64,000 nucleotides of DNA from Acidimicrobiia bacterium (GTDB lineage: Bacteria > Acidobacteriota > Vicinamibacteria > Vicinamibacterales > UBA2999). The first letter of the stretch is position 1. Each line of letters opens with the position of its first letter. A program made the position numbers and the translations under genes. Below, in pieces: positions 28,816-38,055 of this stretch. The stretch lies in assembly GCA_038144855.1 (NCBI GenBank), contig JAYQOO010000005.1, positions 9,248-73,247 of the forward strand. Reading direction: 5' to 3'. The notes under the pieces are model-generated. The model had not been told where the DNA came from, did not search any database, and was given only the letters and a program-made list of their open reading frames with translations.

Positions 28816-29553
28816 CTAGTCGTGGTGATGCGAATGGTGGTGATCGCGAGGCTGTCGTGCGAGGGCCGCCTCGGCTTCGGCCCAGTCTTCAAAGCTGTCG
28901 ATGCTGATCGAGCGGTCGGCGGGCATCGGATAGGCCACCACCCGGGCGCCGTACATGCTGGGCGCCTCGCCGAACAGCACGCTGGTACGGCACGCGTAGA
29001 CGGCGCCATTCATCACGAAGGCCGGCGGCAGATCCTGACGGCGGTTGATGCGCTTGCGCACCGGCTCTCCGGTCACGAACAACGTCGCCTCACCCTGCGC
29101 ATCGACCCGCAGCATCCGCATCGGGTGCGCGTGCGCGGACACCTCGGTGACGCTGACCACCGAATCAGCGCCGGACAGTTCGAGCATGCGCAGCGCGCCG
29201 CTGATATCGATCGCCGAACGCAACGGCGATGTTGGCTGCAGGGTCACCACCACGTCAGCGGTGTAACCCTCGTGCTCCTGTAGCCAGCGCACGGCATGCT
29301 GCACCACCGGCAGGTGCGGCGTCTCATCGCGCGCCAACTCCGCCGGTCGCACGAATGGCACGTCGCAGCCGAGCGCGCGACCGGCGGCGGCAATCGCCGA
29401 ATCGTCCGTCGACAGGATCAACCGGTCGACCGCCGTATCGAGCGCCGCTTCCACGGTGTAGGCCAGCAGCGGCTTGCCGCCGAGCGGCTTCAGGTTCTTG
29501 CCGGGAACGCCTTTGGACCCGCCACGGGCGGTAATGAGGCCAAGGACTTTCAT
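28816..29553 (-). CDS. acylneuraminate-type cytidylyltransferase (NeuA/CMP-sugar synthetase family), His-rich C-terminal tail (start revised)
   Basis: MKVLGLITARGGSKGVPGKNLKPLGGKPLLAYTVEAAL. The tail is ...RDHHHSHHHD. ATGA overlap with the upstream stop (29550-29553). Confidence 0.8.
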   Translation of the reverse strand: MKVLGLITARGGSKGVPGKNLKPLGGKPLLAYTVEAALDTAVDRLILSTDDSAIAAAGRALGCDVPFVRPAELARDETPHLPVVQHAVRWLQEHEGYTADVVVTLQPTSPLRSAIDISGALRMLELSGADSVVSVTEVSAHAHPMRMLRVDAQGEATLFVTGEPVRKRINRRQDLPPAFVMNGAVYACRTSVLFGEAPSMYGARVVAYPMPADRSISIDSFEDWAEAEAALARQPRDHHHSHHHD

Positions 29554-30713
29554 CGCGAGGAATCGTGAAAGCGCTTCTGCGTGTAGAGCGGCGTCGCCGC
29601 CAGCAGATCGACAATCGTGTCGCTGGCCTGTTCCTTGAAGTAAATGTGCGACGGCTCGTAGCGGCCGTGCGCGAGTTGCGTCGCGATGGCCGCGCCGATC
29701 TCGGCGCCGTCGTGACCCACGTGGACGACGTGGTCGCCGCTCAGCCGGCTCTGCTGGCGGGCGCCGATGTTCACCACCGGCGTGCCAAGATACGAGCATT
29801 CCTTGATCCCGGCCGACGAGTTGCCTACCAGGCACGACGCGTGCGCCAGCAGCGCGATGAAATCGTTGGCCGGCACGTTGGTGATGAACCGCATGTGCGA
29901 CGTCAGGTCGGGATGCCGTTCCCGCATGTGACGAAGGCTGTCCGCCATCTCGCCGGTGCCCGCGTCGGGGTTCGGCCAGAACCAGATGGTCGGCAGATCG
30001 AACGACGACACGACTTTCAGTGTCGTCTCGAGGTGCGCCCGATTATTGGCGTCGGTCGTGACCGGATGCTGCACCACCATCAGGAACGGCTGCTCGATGT
30101 CGACGTCGTGACCGACGCCCAGGGCGTTGATCTGCTCGCTGGTAACGTTGGTGCTCACGTGAGCCGCCAGTTCCACATCGAGCGATCCGGTGTTGAAGAC
30201 GAACCTCGGATCTTCGCCCATCGCCAGCACCCGGCGCTCGGCATCGGCGTTGGTCACGAAGTGGAAGTGCGCGAGCTTGGTGATGGCGTGGCGCACGCTT
30301 TCGTCAATGCTGCCGGTGACGTCACCACCCTCGATGTGCGCGATCGTGATGTTGAGATACGCCGCCGCCATGGCGATGGCCAGTTGCTCGAAGCGGTCGC
30401 CGCAGATCACCACCACGTCGGGTTCGCTGGTGTAGAGATTGTTGGTGAACTCCAGCGCGGTGAGGCAGGCCGTCTTGGCCATGGCCACGTGGTTGCCGCC
30501 CTCGATCACGTTGAACAGCGAGGCCTCGACGTCGAAGCCGCCGGCGGCGATGTCCCCGGCGACGTGCTTGCTGTATTTGTCGAGCAGGATCGAGCCGCCA
30601 AGCATCAGCTTGAGATCGATGTCCGGATGCGAATGCAGCTTCCGGATCAGCATCTGGCTGCGACCGTAATAGGCGCGGCTGGTGATCGGGAAGCAGATCT
30701 TGCGTTTGGCCAT
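29550..30713 (-). CDS. UDP-N-acetylglucosamine 2-epimerase, hydrolysing type (NeuC-like)
   Basis: KICFPITSRAYYGR...VVICGDRFEQLAIAMAAAYLNITIAHIEGGDVTGSIDESVRHAITKLAHFHF. Confidence 0.8.
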   Translation of the reverse strand: MAKRKICFPITSRAYYGRSQMLIRKLHSHPDIDLKLMLGGSILLDKYSKHVAGDIAAGGFDVEASLFNVIEGGNHVAMAKTACLTALEFTNNLYTSEPDVVVICGDRFEQLAIAMAAAYLNITIAHIEGGDVTGSIDESVRHAITKLAHFHFVTNADAERRVLAMGEDPRFVFNTGSLDVELAAHVSTNVTSEQINALGVGHDVDIEQPFLMVVQHPVTTDANNRAHLETTLKVVSSFDLPTIWFWPNPDAGTGEMADSLRHMRERHPDLTSHMRFITNVPANDFIALLAHASCLVGNSSAGIKECSYLGTPVVNIGARQQSRLSGDHVVHVGHDGAEIGAAIATQLAHGRYEPSHIYFKEQASDTIVDLLAATPLYTQKRFHDSSR

Positions 30714-32173
30714 CAGACTCGTCCTGGAACGTGATTGATGACGACCGTCTTGAGCTCGGTGTAGACGTCGAGCGCCTCGGTGCCGGGCTCGCGGAAGCCG
30801 TTGCCGGAGTTCTTGACGCCGCCGAACGGCATGTGCGGACCGGCACCGTAGGTCGCGCCGTTGATCGACACCAGGCCGCCCTGGTACTGCGCAATGAACT
30901 CCTGCGCACGGTGCAGGCTGATGGTGTGAATCGCGCCGGTCAGGCCGTAGGTGGTGCCGTTGGCCAGGCGCATCGCCTCGTCAAAGCCGGTGACGCGGTA
31001 GAGACACGTCACCGGGCCGAACAACTCCCGCTGCGAGACCTCGTCGTTCGGCGAGACCCCCTCGAGCACGGTCGGCTGCATGTAGTAGCCGTCTCCGATG
31101 GCCGCCTGCCGGCCGCCGGCCACCAGCGTGGCGCCGCGCGAGACGGCGCCGTTGACCTGGCCGATCAGCCGATCGAGATTGGCGCGTGAAATCACCGGGC
31201 CACACTCATCGTCTGGGCCGGAGCCGAGCTTCACCCTCGCCACCTTCGCGAGGAACATCTCGCGGAACGCATCGTAAATGGCGTCGAACACGATGATCCG
31301 GCTGCCGGATGCGCAGCGCTGGCCCGCATCAATGAATGCCGACGCCACCGCGAGATCCGTCGCCAACTCGAGGTCGGCATCGTCACACACCACGAACGGG
31401 TTCTTGCCGCCGAGTTCGAGGCAGACCTTCGCCAACACGTCGCGCTCACTGACCATCTTCTGAATCAGTTTCCCGGTCGCCGACGAGCCGGTGAAGCTCA
31501 CCACCCCAACGCGGTGATCCTTGACCAGCGGCGCACCGGCATCTGGTCCAAATCCCTGCACGGCGCCATACACGCCGACGGGCAATCCCGCGTCCTTCAA
31601 GAGTTGGCCGAACGCCACCGCGGTGTACGGCGTGAGCTCATGCGACTTCACGACGACGGCATTGCCGCACAGCAGTGCCGGGAAGGCCTTCCACGCCACG
31701 CCGGCCAGCGGGCTGTTGAACGGCATGATGGCGGCGCAGATTCCAATCGGCGAGCGGAGCGTTTGCACGGTGCGATTGGGGATAGGGCTCGGCAGCGTCT
31801 TGCCGTAGAGGCGGCTGCCCTCGCCTTCCATGAACGTCGCCAGGTCCGCGGACGACCCCACCTCGGCAACCGCGTTCTTCCACGGCTTGCCGGTCTCGGC
31901 CTGCACGATCTCGCCGAACAGCGTTTCGCGCTCACGCAGCAACTGCGCCGCGCGGCCAAGAATCGCGCCACGCTTCGGCACCGGCATGCGGCTCCAGGCT
32001 TCCGCCGCGCCTGCCGCGGATGACAGCGCATGCGCCACTTCCGCGGCGCCGCCGCGAGCCACCTGTGCGATCACCTGATCGGTCGCAGGGTTGCGCTTCT
32101 CGAAGAACGCGGTGTCCTTCGGAGTCACCGCCACATCGGCGATCCAGTGCGAGACGATCTCTGGGTAGGACAT
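30713..32173 (-). CDS. NAD(P)-dependent aldehyde dehydrogenase
   Basis: ALDH motifs LELGGKNPFVV and FIDAGQRCASGSR (catalytic Cys). 486 aa. 1-nt overlaps on both sides. Confidence 0.85.
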   Translation of the reverse strand: MSYPEIVSHWIADVAVTPKDTAFFEKRNPATDQVIAQVARGGAAEVAHALSSAAGAAEAWSRMPVPKRGAILGRAAQLLRERETLFGEIVQAETGKPWKNAVAEVGSSADLATFMEGEGSRLYGKTLPSPIPNRTVQTLRSPIGICAAIMPFNSPLAGVAWKAFPALLCGNAVVVKSHELTPYTAVAFGQLLKDAGLPVGVYGAVQGFGPDAGAPLVKDHRVGVVSFTGSSATGKLIQKMVSERDVLAKVCLELGGKNPFVVCDDADLELATDLAVASAFIDAGQRCASGSRIIVFDAIYDAFREMFLAKVARVKLGSGPDDECGPVISRANLDRLIGQVNGAVSRGATLVAGGRQAAIGDGYYMQPTVLEGVSPNDEVSQRELFGPVTCLYRVTGFDEAMRLANGTTYGLTGAIHTISLHRAQEFIAQYQGGLVSINGATYGAGPHMPFGGVKNSGNGFREPGTEALDVYTELKTVVINHVPGRV

Positions 32174-34113
32174 TACTTGCGAACCGTGGAGCGCGACACG
32201 ACCGCGCGGGCAATGCCGGCGGCATCGAGGCCATGATGCGCGAGCACATCAACGTTTGAACCGCAGGCCGGAATTTCCGTCAGGCCGATTGCCGACACCT
32301 CCGAACGCACCCCGTTGCGCGCCATCGCGGCGGCAATCATGACGCCCTGGCTGTATTCGACGTAGTGGTTGTCGAGCGTGAGGACCTGCTTGTAGGCGCC
32401 GAGCGTCTTGACCCACGTGTCGTCGACGCGATTCAGCCATGGCAGGTCGATCACCGCGGCGGAAATGCCCTGTGCGGCGAGTTCGTCCGCGGCCTTCCAC
32501 GCGTTGGTGAGCAGGATGGTGCCATAGCCGATGATCGCCACGTCCGTGCCATGCCGGAGCGTCAGGCCGCGACCGACATGCAGCGCGTAGTCGGCCGGCA
32601 TGGCGTAGGGCAGGTCGAGCGGCACGTTGCAGAACCGCAGGTAGGTGCTCGCCGGATTCTGCTCAACCGCCCAGCGAATCGCCAGGCGCGCTTCCTTTTC
32701 GCTGCATGGCTCGAACGCGAGCAGGCCGGGCACCGCGCCAACGGCGGAAATGTCGCGCACCGACTGGTGCGAATGGCCAGGCCCGCTGGGCACGAGCCCG
32801 GCGAGCGTCGCTGTATAGATGATCTTCGTCTTCTCGGTCGCGTTGTTGTAGATGTGCTCGTTGGCGCGCGTCGAGAGGAAGCACGCGAACGAGTGCACCA
32901 CCGGCAACATGCCGCGCAGGGCCATCCCGCCGGCGGCCGACACCATGTGCTGCTCGGCAATGCCGCACTCGATGAACCGCTCCGGCAGTTCGGCCTTGAA
33001 GGCCTCGATGCCGCAGTCCGACAACAAGTCCGCGTCCATCACGATGATGTCCTTGCGGTCCCGGGCCATGGCGAGAAGTTCGTCGCCGTAGGCGAGCACG
33101 ATCTTTTCCGGCTGCTTCGGCGCAATGCGCACCGGCAGCGGCGCGGATTCCAACGCCACACGCGGCTGGCCGAGCGATTCAAGCCGGTCGTTGACGCGGG
33201 CAATCAACTCGCGCGTCGCCTTGACGTAGTTGTCGAGTGTCGGCGCGCCGGCGTGGAAGTGGTAGGTCTGGTCGCCGCACGCGACGCCGTGCATGAAGGA
33301 CACGCCCTTGCCCTTGATGGTGTCGGCAATGAACACCTTCGGTTTGTCGGTGACGGTGTCGAAATGCGCGAGCGCATCGCGCAGCACGGCGAAATCGTGA
33401 CCATCGCCGCGACGCACTTCCCACCCGAAGATGCGGAACTTGGCTTCGAGATCGCCAAGGTCGCTGACCGCCGCCACCGCCGTGTCCGACTGGAACTTGT
33501 TGTGATCGACGATGACGATGATGTCGGAGAGCCGCTCGTTGGCGACCGGCTGCAGCGACTCCCAGATCTGGCCTTCCTGCAGCTCGCCGTCACCGGTCAT
33601 CACCACGATCCGCCCCTTGCGGCCGGTGTAGCGATTGGCGCGCGCCATGCCATAGGCCTTCGAGATGCCCATGCCGAGCGACCCGGTATTGGTGGCAATG
33701 AACGGCGTGCTGACATCGGGATGCCCCGGTAGTCCATTCAGCTGCCGCAGCTTCGGCAGCAAGGCGAAGTCGAGCTTCTCCGCCGCAATCAGCAGCGAAT
33801 AGAGGGCCGGAACGTCGTGGCCTTTCGAAGAGAAGTAAACGTCCGCATCCGCGCTGTCGCCGTTCGGATCGTTGAGCGCCTCGGTCCACAGCCACGTGAT
33901 GATGTCGGTCGAGCTGAAGCTCGAGCCGATGTGGCCGGACCCGGCCTGCATGATCATGAACAACGTGTTGATGCGACAGAGATCCGACACGACCTCCGCG
34001 CGCGCGATCGGATCGCTGATGCCGCCGCGCACCGCGCGAAACACCTCGCGGGACACGAACGACAACGAGTCGTCACCAACTAACGCACGATCGGAGAAAT
34101 CTTTTTCACCCAT
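32173..34113 (-). CDS. transketolase-family TPP enzyme (N- and C-terminal halves fused)
   Basis: SGHIGSSFSSTDII, TPP-binding GDGELQEGQIWES, pyrimidine-binding half FIECGIAEQHMVSAAGGMA. 646 aa. Confidence 0.85.
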   Translation of the reverse strand: MGEKDFSDRALVGDDSLSFVSREVFRAVRGGISDPIARAEVVSDLCRINTLFMIMQAGSGHIGSSFSSTDIITWLWTEALNDPNGDSADADVYFSSKGHDVPALYSLLIAAEKLDFALLPKLRQLNGLPGHPDVSTPFIATNTGSLGMGISKAYGMARANRYTGRKGRIVVMTGDGELQEGQIWESLQPVANERLSDIIVIVDHNKFQSDTAVAAVSDLGDLEAKFRIFGWEVRRGDGHDFAVLRDALAHFDTVTDKPKVFIADTIKGKGVSFMHGVACGDQTYHFHAGAPTLDNYVKATRELIARVNDRLESLGQPRVALESAPLPVRIAPKQPEKIVLAYGDELLAMARDRKDIIVMDADLLSDCGIEAFKAELPERFIECGIAEQHMVSAAGGMALRGMLPVVHSFACFLSTRANEHIYNNATEKTKIIYTATLAGLVPSGPGHSHQSVRDISAVGAVPGLLAFEPCSEKEARLAIRWAVEQNPASTYLRFCNVPLDLPYAMPADYALHVGRGLTLRHGTDVAIIGYGTILLTNAWKAADELAAQGISAAVIDLPWLNRVDDTWVKTLGAYKQVLTLDNHYVEYSQGVMIAAAMARNGVRSEVSAIGLTEIPACGSNVDVLAHHGLDAAGIARAVVSRSTVRK

Positions 34114-34115
34114 GG

Positions 34116-34144
34116 CTTTGCACTTTGAACCTGAAACTTTGAAC
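34116..34144. repeat. ACTTTGAAC repeated twice (plus a partial copy) in the SDR-transketolase spacer
   Basis: CTTTGCACTTTGAACCTGAAACTTTGAAC between the stop at 34153 and the start at 34113. Confidence 0.6.
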
Positions 34145-34152
34145 GGCGAGCG

Positions 34153-34983
34153 CTAGCGAGCCGTCCATCCGCCGTCGACCACGACGGTGGCGCCGGTCAT
34201 GTATGACGAGGCGTTCGCCGCCAGGAACAGTACTGCGCCGTTGTAGTCGGAATCAGTCGCCATGCGGGCCAGCGGCGTACGCTGCTCGTAGCCCGACACG
34301 AACTCGGGCGCATGCCCATCTTCCTTCACGCCACCAGGCACCAGCGTGTTGGCGCGTATACCGAACGGCGCGCCGTACTCGGCCAGCCAGCGCGTGAAGT
34401 TCAACACGCCCGACTTCGCCACGCTGTAACCGACCGGCTTGAAGTAGGTGGCGCCGGCCGCCCGCTTGTATTCGTAGAGCGACTGATCCGGCGTCACCAC
34501 GCCGTAGGTCGACGACACGTTGACGATGCTGCCGGTGGTCTTCCCGGCGGCGCGATAGTGGCGGATGAACGCCTGCGACGCGAAGAACGCGGTCTTCAGG
34601 TGCGAATCGATCATCGTGTCCCACGCCACTTCCGGGTAGTCCTCGAAGCGGCCGTTCTCACTGCCGGCGGCCGCGGGCGACGACCCCATGCCGGCGTTAT
34701 TCACCAGCACCGTCGGCGCGCCCAGCGCGGCGACCATGGCGTCGATCGCGCGGTCGGTCTCGGCCTTGACCGACAAGTCGGCCAGTTCCACGTGAATGCG
34801 CGCCCCGGCCTTCACAAGCGGCGCGAACAGCTCGCGGTCACCGGCCACATCGACGGCGCCCACTGCCGCGCCGGCGCCCGCAAGGGTCCGGACGTATTCG
34901 CGGCCGAGCCGCCCGAGGGCTCCGGTCACAATGGCCACCTGACCGTCCAGGCCGAACATTCCGGCAAGCATTTCGTCGCGCAT
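34153..34983 (-). CDS. SDR-family oxidoreductase (start revised)
   Basis: GQVAIVTGALGRLG (TGxxxGxG) and YSVAKSG (YxxxK). The ORF-track GTG start at 35130 overlaps a TATAAT box and would translate the repeat-containing leader. ATGs at 34983, 34971 and 34959 are all possible. Confidence 0.75.
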   Translation of the reverse strand: MRDEMLAGMFGLDGQVAIVTGALGRLGREYVRTLAGAGAAVGAVDVAGDRELFAPLVKAGARIHVELADLSVKAETDRAIDAMVAALGAPTVLVNNAGMGSSPAAAGSENGRFEDYPEVAWDTMIDSHLKTAFFASQAFIRHYRAAGKTTGSIVNVSSTYGVVTPDQSLYEYKRAAGATYFKPVGYSVAKSGVLNFTRWLAEYGAPFGIRANTLVPGGVKEDGHAPEFVSGYEQRTPLARMATDSDYNGAVLFLAANASSYMTGATVVVDGGWTAR

Positions 34984-35011
34984 CTTCTTTATTTTGTGTA
35001 TTTGCGGGAAT

Positions 35012-35046
35012 CTCAGGCACCGAGGCACGGTAGGCACCTCAGGCAC
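35012..35046. repeat. four AGGCAC (minus strand GTGCCT) units at 8-9 nt spacing in the leader of the SDR gene
   Basis: CTCAGGCAC CGAGGCAC GGTAGGCAC CTCAGGCAC. Confidence 0.8.
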
Positions 35047-35121
35047 TTGAGATACGCCTCCGGCACGGCCAGTCACAGGCGCAGGCGCAACCGGGGCGGT
35101 TCGTTCAAGATCTGAACGGGT

Positions 35122-35149
35122 ATTATACACGTCCAGTTCATGGAATGAA
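35122..35149 (-). promoter_or_regulatory. candidate sigma70-type promoter for the 34983-to-28816 sugar operon
   Basis: Minus strand reads TTCATT, 16 nt, TATAAT (perfect -10 at 35127-35122), in an 80-nt locally AT-rich gap. Not validated. Confidence 0.3.
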
Positions 35150-35238
35150 CGAAGAAGTCACAGAGCGGAATTGTTGTGTTCAAAACGTGAACGCGGCGCC
35201 GAATGGCGCCACGGGGACGTGCTGCTGATCGGCCGGCC

Positions 35239-36225
35239 CTAGACGATCGCCCGGCCGGCGCCGGCGTAGGAGCGCTTCTCCGCCACGACCCGGTCGATGA
35301 TTTCGTCGAGACCGACCTTGGGCACGTAGCCAATGGCCTTGTTGATCTTGGTCAGGTCCGGCACGCGACGCGGCATGTCTTCAAAGCCCGCCTCGTACGC
35401 CTGGTCGTAGGGAATGATCTGGATCTGGGAAGTACTGCCGGTGCGCGCCTTGATGCGTTCAGCGAGACCAAGGATCGTCACTTCCTCCGGGTTGCCGACG
35501 TTGAAGACCTGGCCGATCGCCGAGGGCTCCACCATCAGCTTCAGCAGTGCCCCGACGACGTCGCCGACATAGGTGAAGCTGCGCGACTGCGTACCATCGC
35601 CGAACACCGTGATGGGTTCGTTGTTCAACGCCTGCCGCACGAACGTCGGCACCACCATCCCGTACTGCCCCGTCTGGCGCGGCCCCACGGTGTTGAAGAA
35701 GCGCATGACGATGACCGGCTGCTTGCTTTCCTTCCAGTAGGCCAGCGCCAGGAACTCGTCGAGCGCCTTGCTGCAAGCATACGCCCAACGGTGGCGCGTC
35801 GTGGCGCCCATTACCAGGTCGGTCTCTTCGTTGAACGGCACCTTGGCGCTCTTGCCGTAGACCTCCGAGGTCGAGGCGATGAACACCAGCTTCTTCTTTT
35901 TCGCCGCATGACGCAGGATGACCTCGGTGCCGTGCACGTTGGTCTCGATGGTATGGACCGGCTTTTCGACGATCAGCTTCACGCCCACCGCCGCCGCCAG
36001 GTGAAAGATCACGTCGGCACGGTCCACCATCTCCGCGACCAGCGGATCGTTGAAGACGGTGTCGATGGTGTAGTGGAAATTCGGGTGGCCCTTGAGGTGC
36101 GTGATGTTGTCGATGGAGCCGGTCGACAGGTCGTCAAGCGCGTAAACCTGGTGACCGCCATCGAGCAGCGCCTCGGCCAGGTGCGAGCCAATGAAGCCCG
36201 CGCCGCCCGTAATCAAAATTCGCAT
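35239..36225 (-). CDS. NAD-dependent nucleotide-sugar epimerase/dehydratase (UXS/ArnA-C-like)
   Basis: MRILITGGAGFIGSHLAEALL...YACSKALDEFL (YxxxK). Confidence 0.85.
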   Translation of the reverse strand: MRILITGGAGFIGSHLAEALLDGGHQVYALDDLSTGSIDNITHLKGHPNFHYTIDTVFNDPLVAEMVDRADVIFHLAAAVGVKLIVEKPVHTIETNVHGTEVILRHAAKKKKLVFIASTSEVYGKSAKVPFNEETDLVMGATTRHRWAYACSKALDEFLALAYWKESKQPVIVMRFFNTVGPRQTGQYGMVVPTFVRQALNNEPITVFGDGTQSRSFTYVGDVVGALLKLMVEPSAIGQVFNVGNPEEVTILGLAERIKARTGSTSQIQIIPYDQAYEAGFEDMPRRVPDLTKINKAIGYVPKVGLDEIIDRVVAEKRSYAGAGRAIV

Positions 36226-36280
36226 CTTCGTATTCTACCTGTCTTGCAGTCCCAACTGCTGAACGATGACCGCTGCCCGA

Positions 36281-37222
36281 TCAGCAGGGCCAGCCATTCC
36301 CGGGTACCTGATTGCGTTCCAGCCCCTCGATCGCCGCGCGCCCCATGGCCAATTGCGCTTCCTCGGTGCTGCCGCCAATGTGCGGCGTGCCCATAAAAGT
36401 GAGAAGCTTCAAAAGGCGGGGATGCGCGTCAGGCTCTTTCTCATAGGCGTCACAGGCCGCCCCTGCAAGGTGTCCGCGCTCAAGGGCGTCCGCCAGGGCA
36501 TCCTCGTTGACAAGACCTCCACGGGCGGCATTGATCAGGAATGTTCCCGGCCGCATCAGCGCTAGCTCGGCGGCACCCAGCATCCCCCTCGTCGACGCGT
36601 CAAGGGGCACATGAAGTGAGACAAGATCGGATTGAGCGAGCAACTCCTGCAGCGGCACTGGCGTGACCTGATTCGCTGCGTAGAAGTCAGGGTAGTCGCG
36701 AACGTCGTGGACGAGCACGCGGCAACCGAACGGCTTGAGCATCGCCACGAGGTCCTGTCCCACGAAACCGCAGCCTATGATGCCGATCGTGCGGCCAGTC
36801 AGTTGCCGACCGACAAGCTTCTGCCAGTTTCCCTCACGAAGCAGGGAAGTGGTCTCGGGCACACGATGTAGCAGCCCGATAGCAAACGACAGTGTGAGCT
36901 CGGCGACAGACCGGCGATTAACCCCTCCGGTCCAGCCGAGTCTGATGCCACGCCTCGTGAGAGCGTCGATGTCGAGCCCGTCAAGGCCGACACCATACTT
37001 GCTGACTATCTTCAGCTCAGGCAGTTGCGATAGGACCCAGTCGTCAACACGCTCGAGTCCGATAATCGCACGGTCGTGGCCACGCAAGAGTTCTACCAGA
37101 GCGTCCCCAGCAAGCAGCGCGGACGAGTCGCTGAATGTGACGTTAGGATAGCGAGCCGTCAATTCCGCTCGCAGCGCGGTGTTACGGGCGAAAGAACGAG
37201 CAGCTACAGCAATTTTGGTCAT
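36281..37222 (-). CDS. D-isomer-specific 2-hydroxyacid dehydrogenase family (start revised)
   Basis: GRTIGIIGCGFVGQDLV, NAARGGLVNEDAL, TPHIGGSTEEAQ. ATGA overlap at 37219-37222. Confidence 0.8.
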   Translation of the reverse strand: MTKIAVAARSFARNTALRAELTARYPNVTFSDSSALLAGDALVELLRGHDRAIIGLERVDDWVLSQLPELKIVSKYGVGLDGLDIDALTRRGIRLGWTGGVNRRSVAELTLSFAIGLLHRVPETTSLLREGNWQKLVGRQLTGRTIGIIGCGFVGQDLVAMLKPFGCRVLVHDVRDYPDFYAANQVTPVPLQELLAQSDLVSLHVPLDASTRGMLGAAELALMRPGTFLINAARGGLVNEDALADALERGHLAGAACDAYEKEPDAHPRLLKLLTFMGTPHIGGSTEEAQLAMGRAAIEGLERNQVPGNGWPC

Positions 37223-38055
37223 AGCGTAAGGTAACGGTCGAGAGCATTTTGCCACGTGGGCATCACATAGCCGGCACGCGCGAGCTTGGCGTTGCTCAGC
37301 GCCGCATACTGCGGCCGAGCGGCTCGCAGAGAGACGTCATGGATCGACACGGGACTCAAGGCCGTCACGGGCGCACCGAGCTTGGAAGCGATCTCCATGC
37401 CGACGTCAAACCAAGTTCCATGTCCGGCGTTGACACAGTGATAAACGCCCCACTGTGGTTGGGTCTCAAGCATGAATGCTGACGCATCTGCGACATCGGT
37501 TACGAAGCTCGGTGAAACGACTCGGTCAAAAAATACTGGCGGCGGCACACCAGACCTTACCCCATTGACAATGCGATCGATGCTGCTCTTGCGGTTGGGA
37601 CCGCCGAACAGGCTTTCGACGCGAAGCACGTAGTGCCGCGGCGTTTCCGCCGCGAACCATTCGCCGACCAGCTTTGACTGCGCGTAAACGCTGCGCGGCT
37701 CCGGCGCGTCCGCCTCCGAATACGGCGTGCTGCTCGTGCCGGCAAAGACGAAGTCGGTGCTGTAGTGCAGGAACACCGCGTCGAGGGCCGCGGCCGCGCG
37801 CGACAGCGTGCCGACCGCCATGGCGTTCACCTCGAAGGCGGTCACCTGGTCGTCCTCGGCCTGATCGACGTTGTTGTAGCCGGAGCAGTTGACGATGGCC
37901 TCGGGAGCCAGTCGGGCGACCGCGTCGCGCACGGCGGCGTGGTGCGTGAGGTCCACGTCGGCCCGGACCCAGGCAGTGACGTCGTGGCTGGCCCGGAGTC
38001 TCGCCACCATGGCCTGGCCCAGCTGGCCCGCGGCGCCGACAATCAGCACCTTCAT
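37219..38055 (-). CDS. rfbD: dTDP-4-dehydrorhamnose reductase-like (RmlD family)
   Basis: MKVLIVGAAGQLGQAMVARL...YAQSKLVGEW. 278 aa. Confidence 0.7.
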   Translation of the reverse strand: MKVLIVGAAGQLGQAMVARLRASHDVTAWVRADVDLTHHAAVRDAVARLAPEAIVNCSGYNNVDQAEDDQVTAFEVNAMAVGTLSRAAAALDAVFLHYSTDFVFAGTSSTPYSEADAPEPRSVYAQSKLVGEWFAAETPRHYVLRVESLFGGPNRKSSIDRIVNGVRSGVPPPVFFDRVVSPSFVTDVADASAFMLETQPQWGVYHCVNAGHGTWFDVGMEIASKLGAPVTALSPVSIHDVSLRAARPQYAALSNAKLARAGYVMPTWQNALDRYLTL

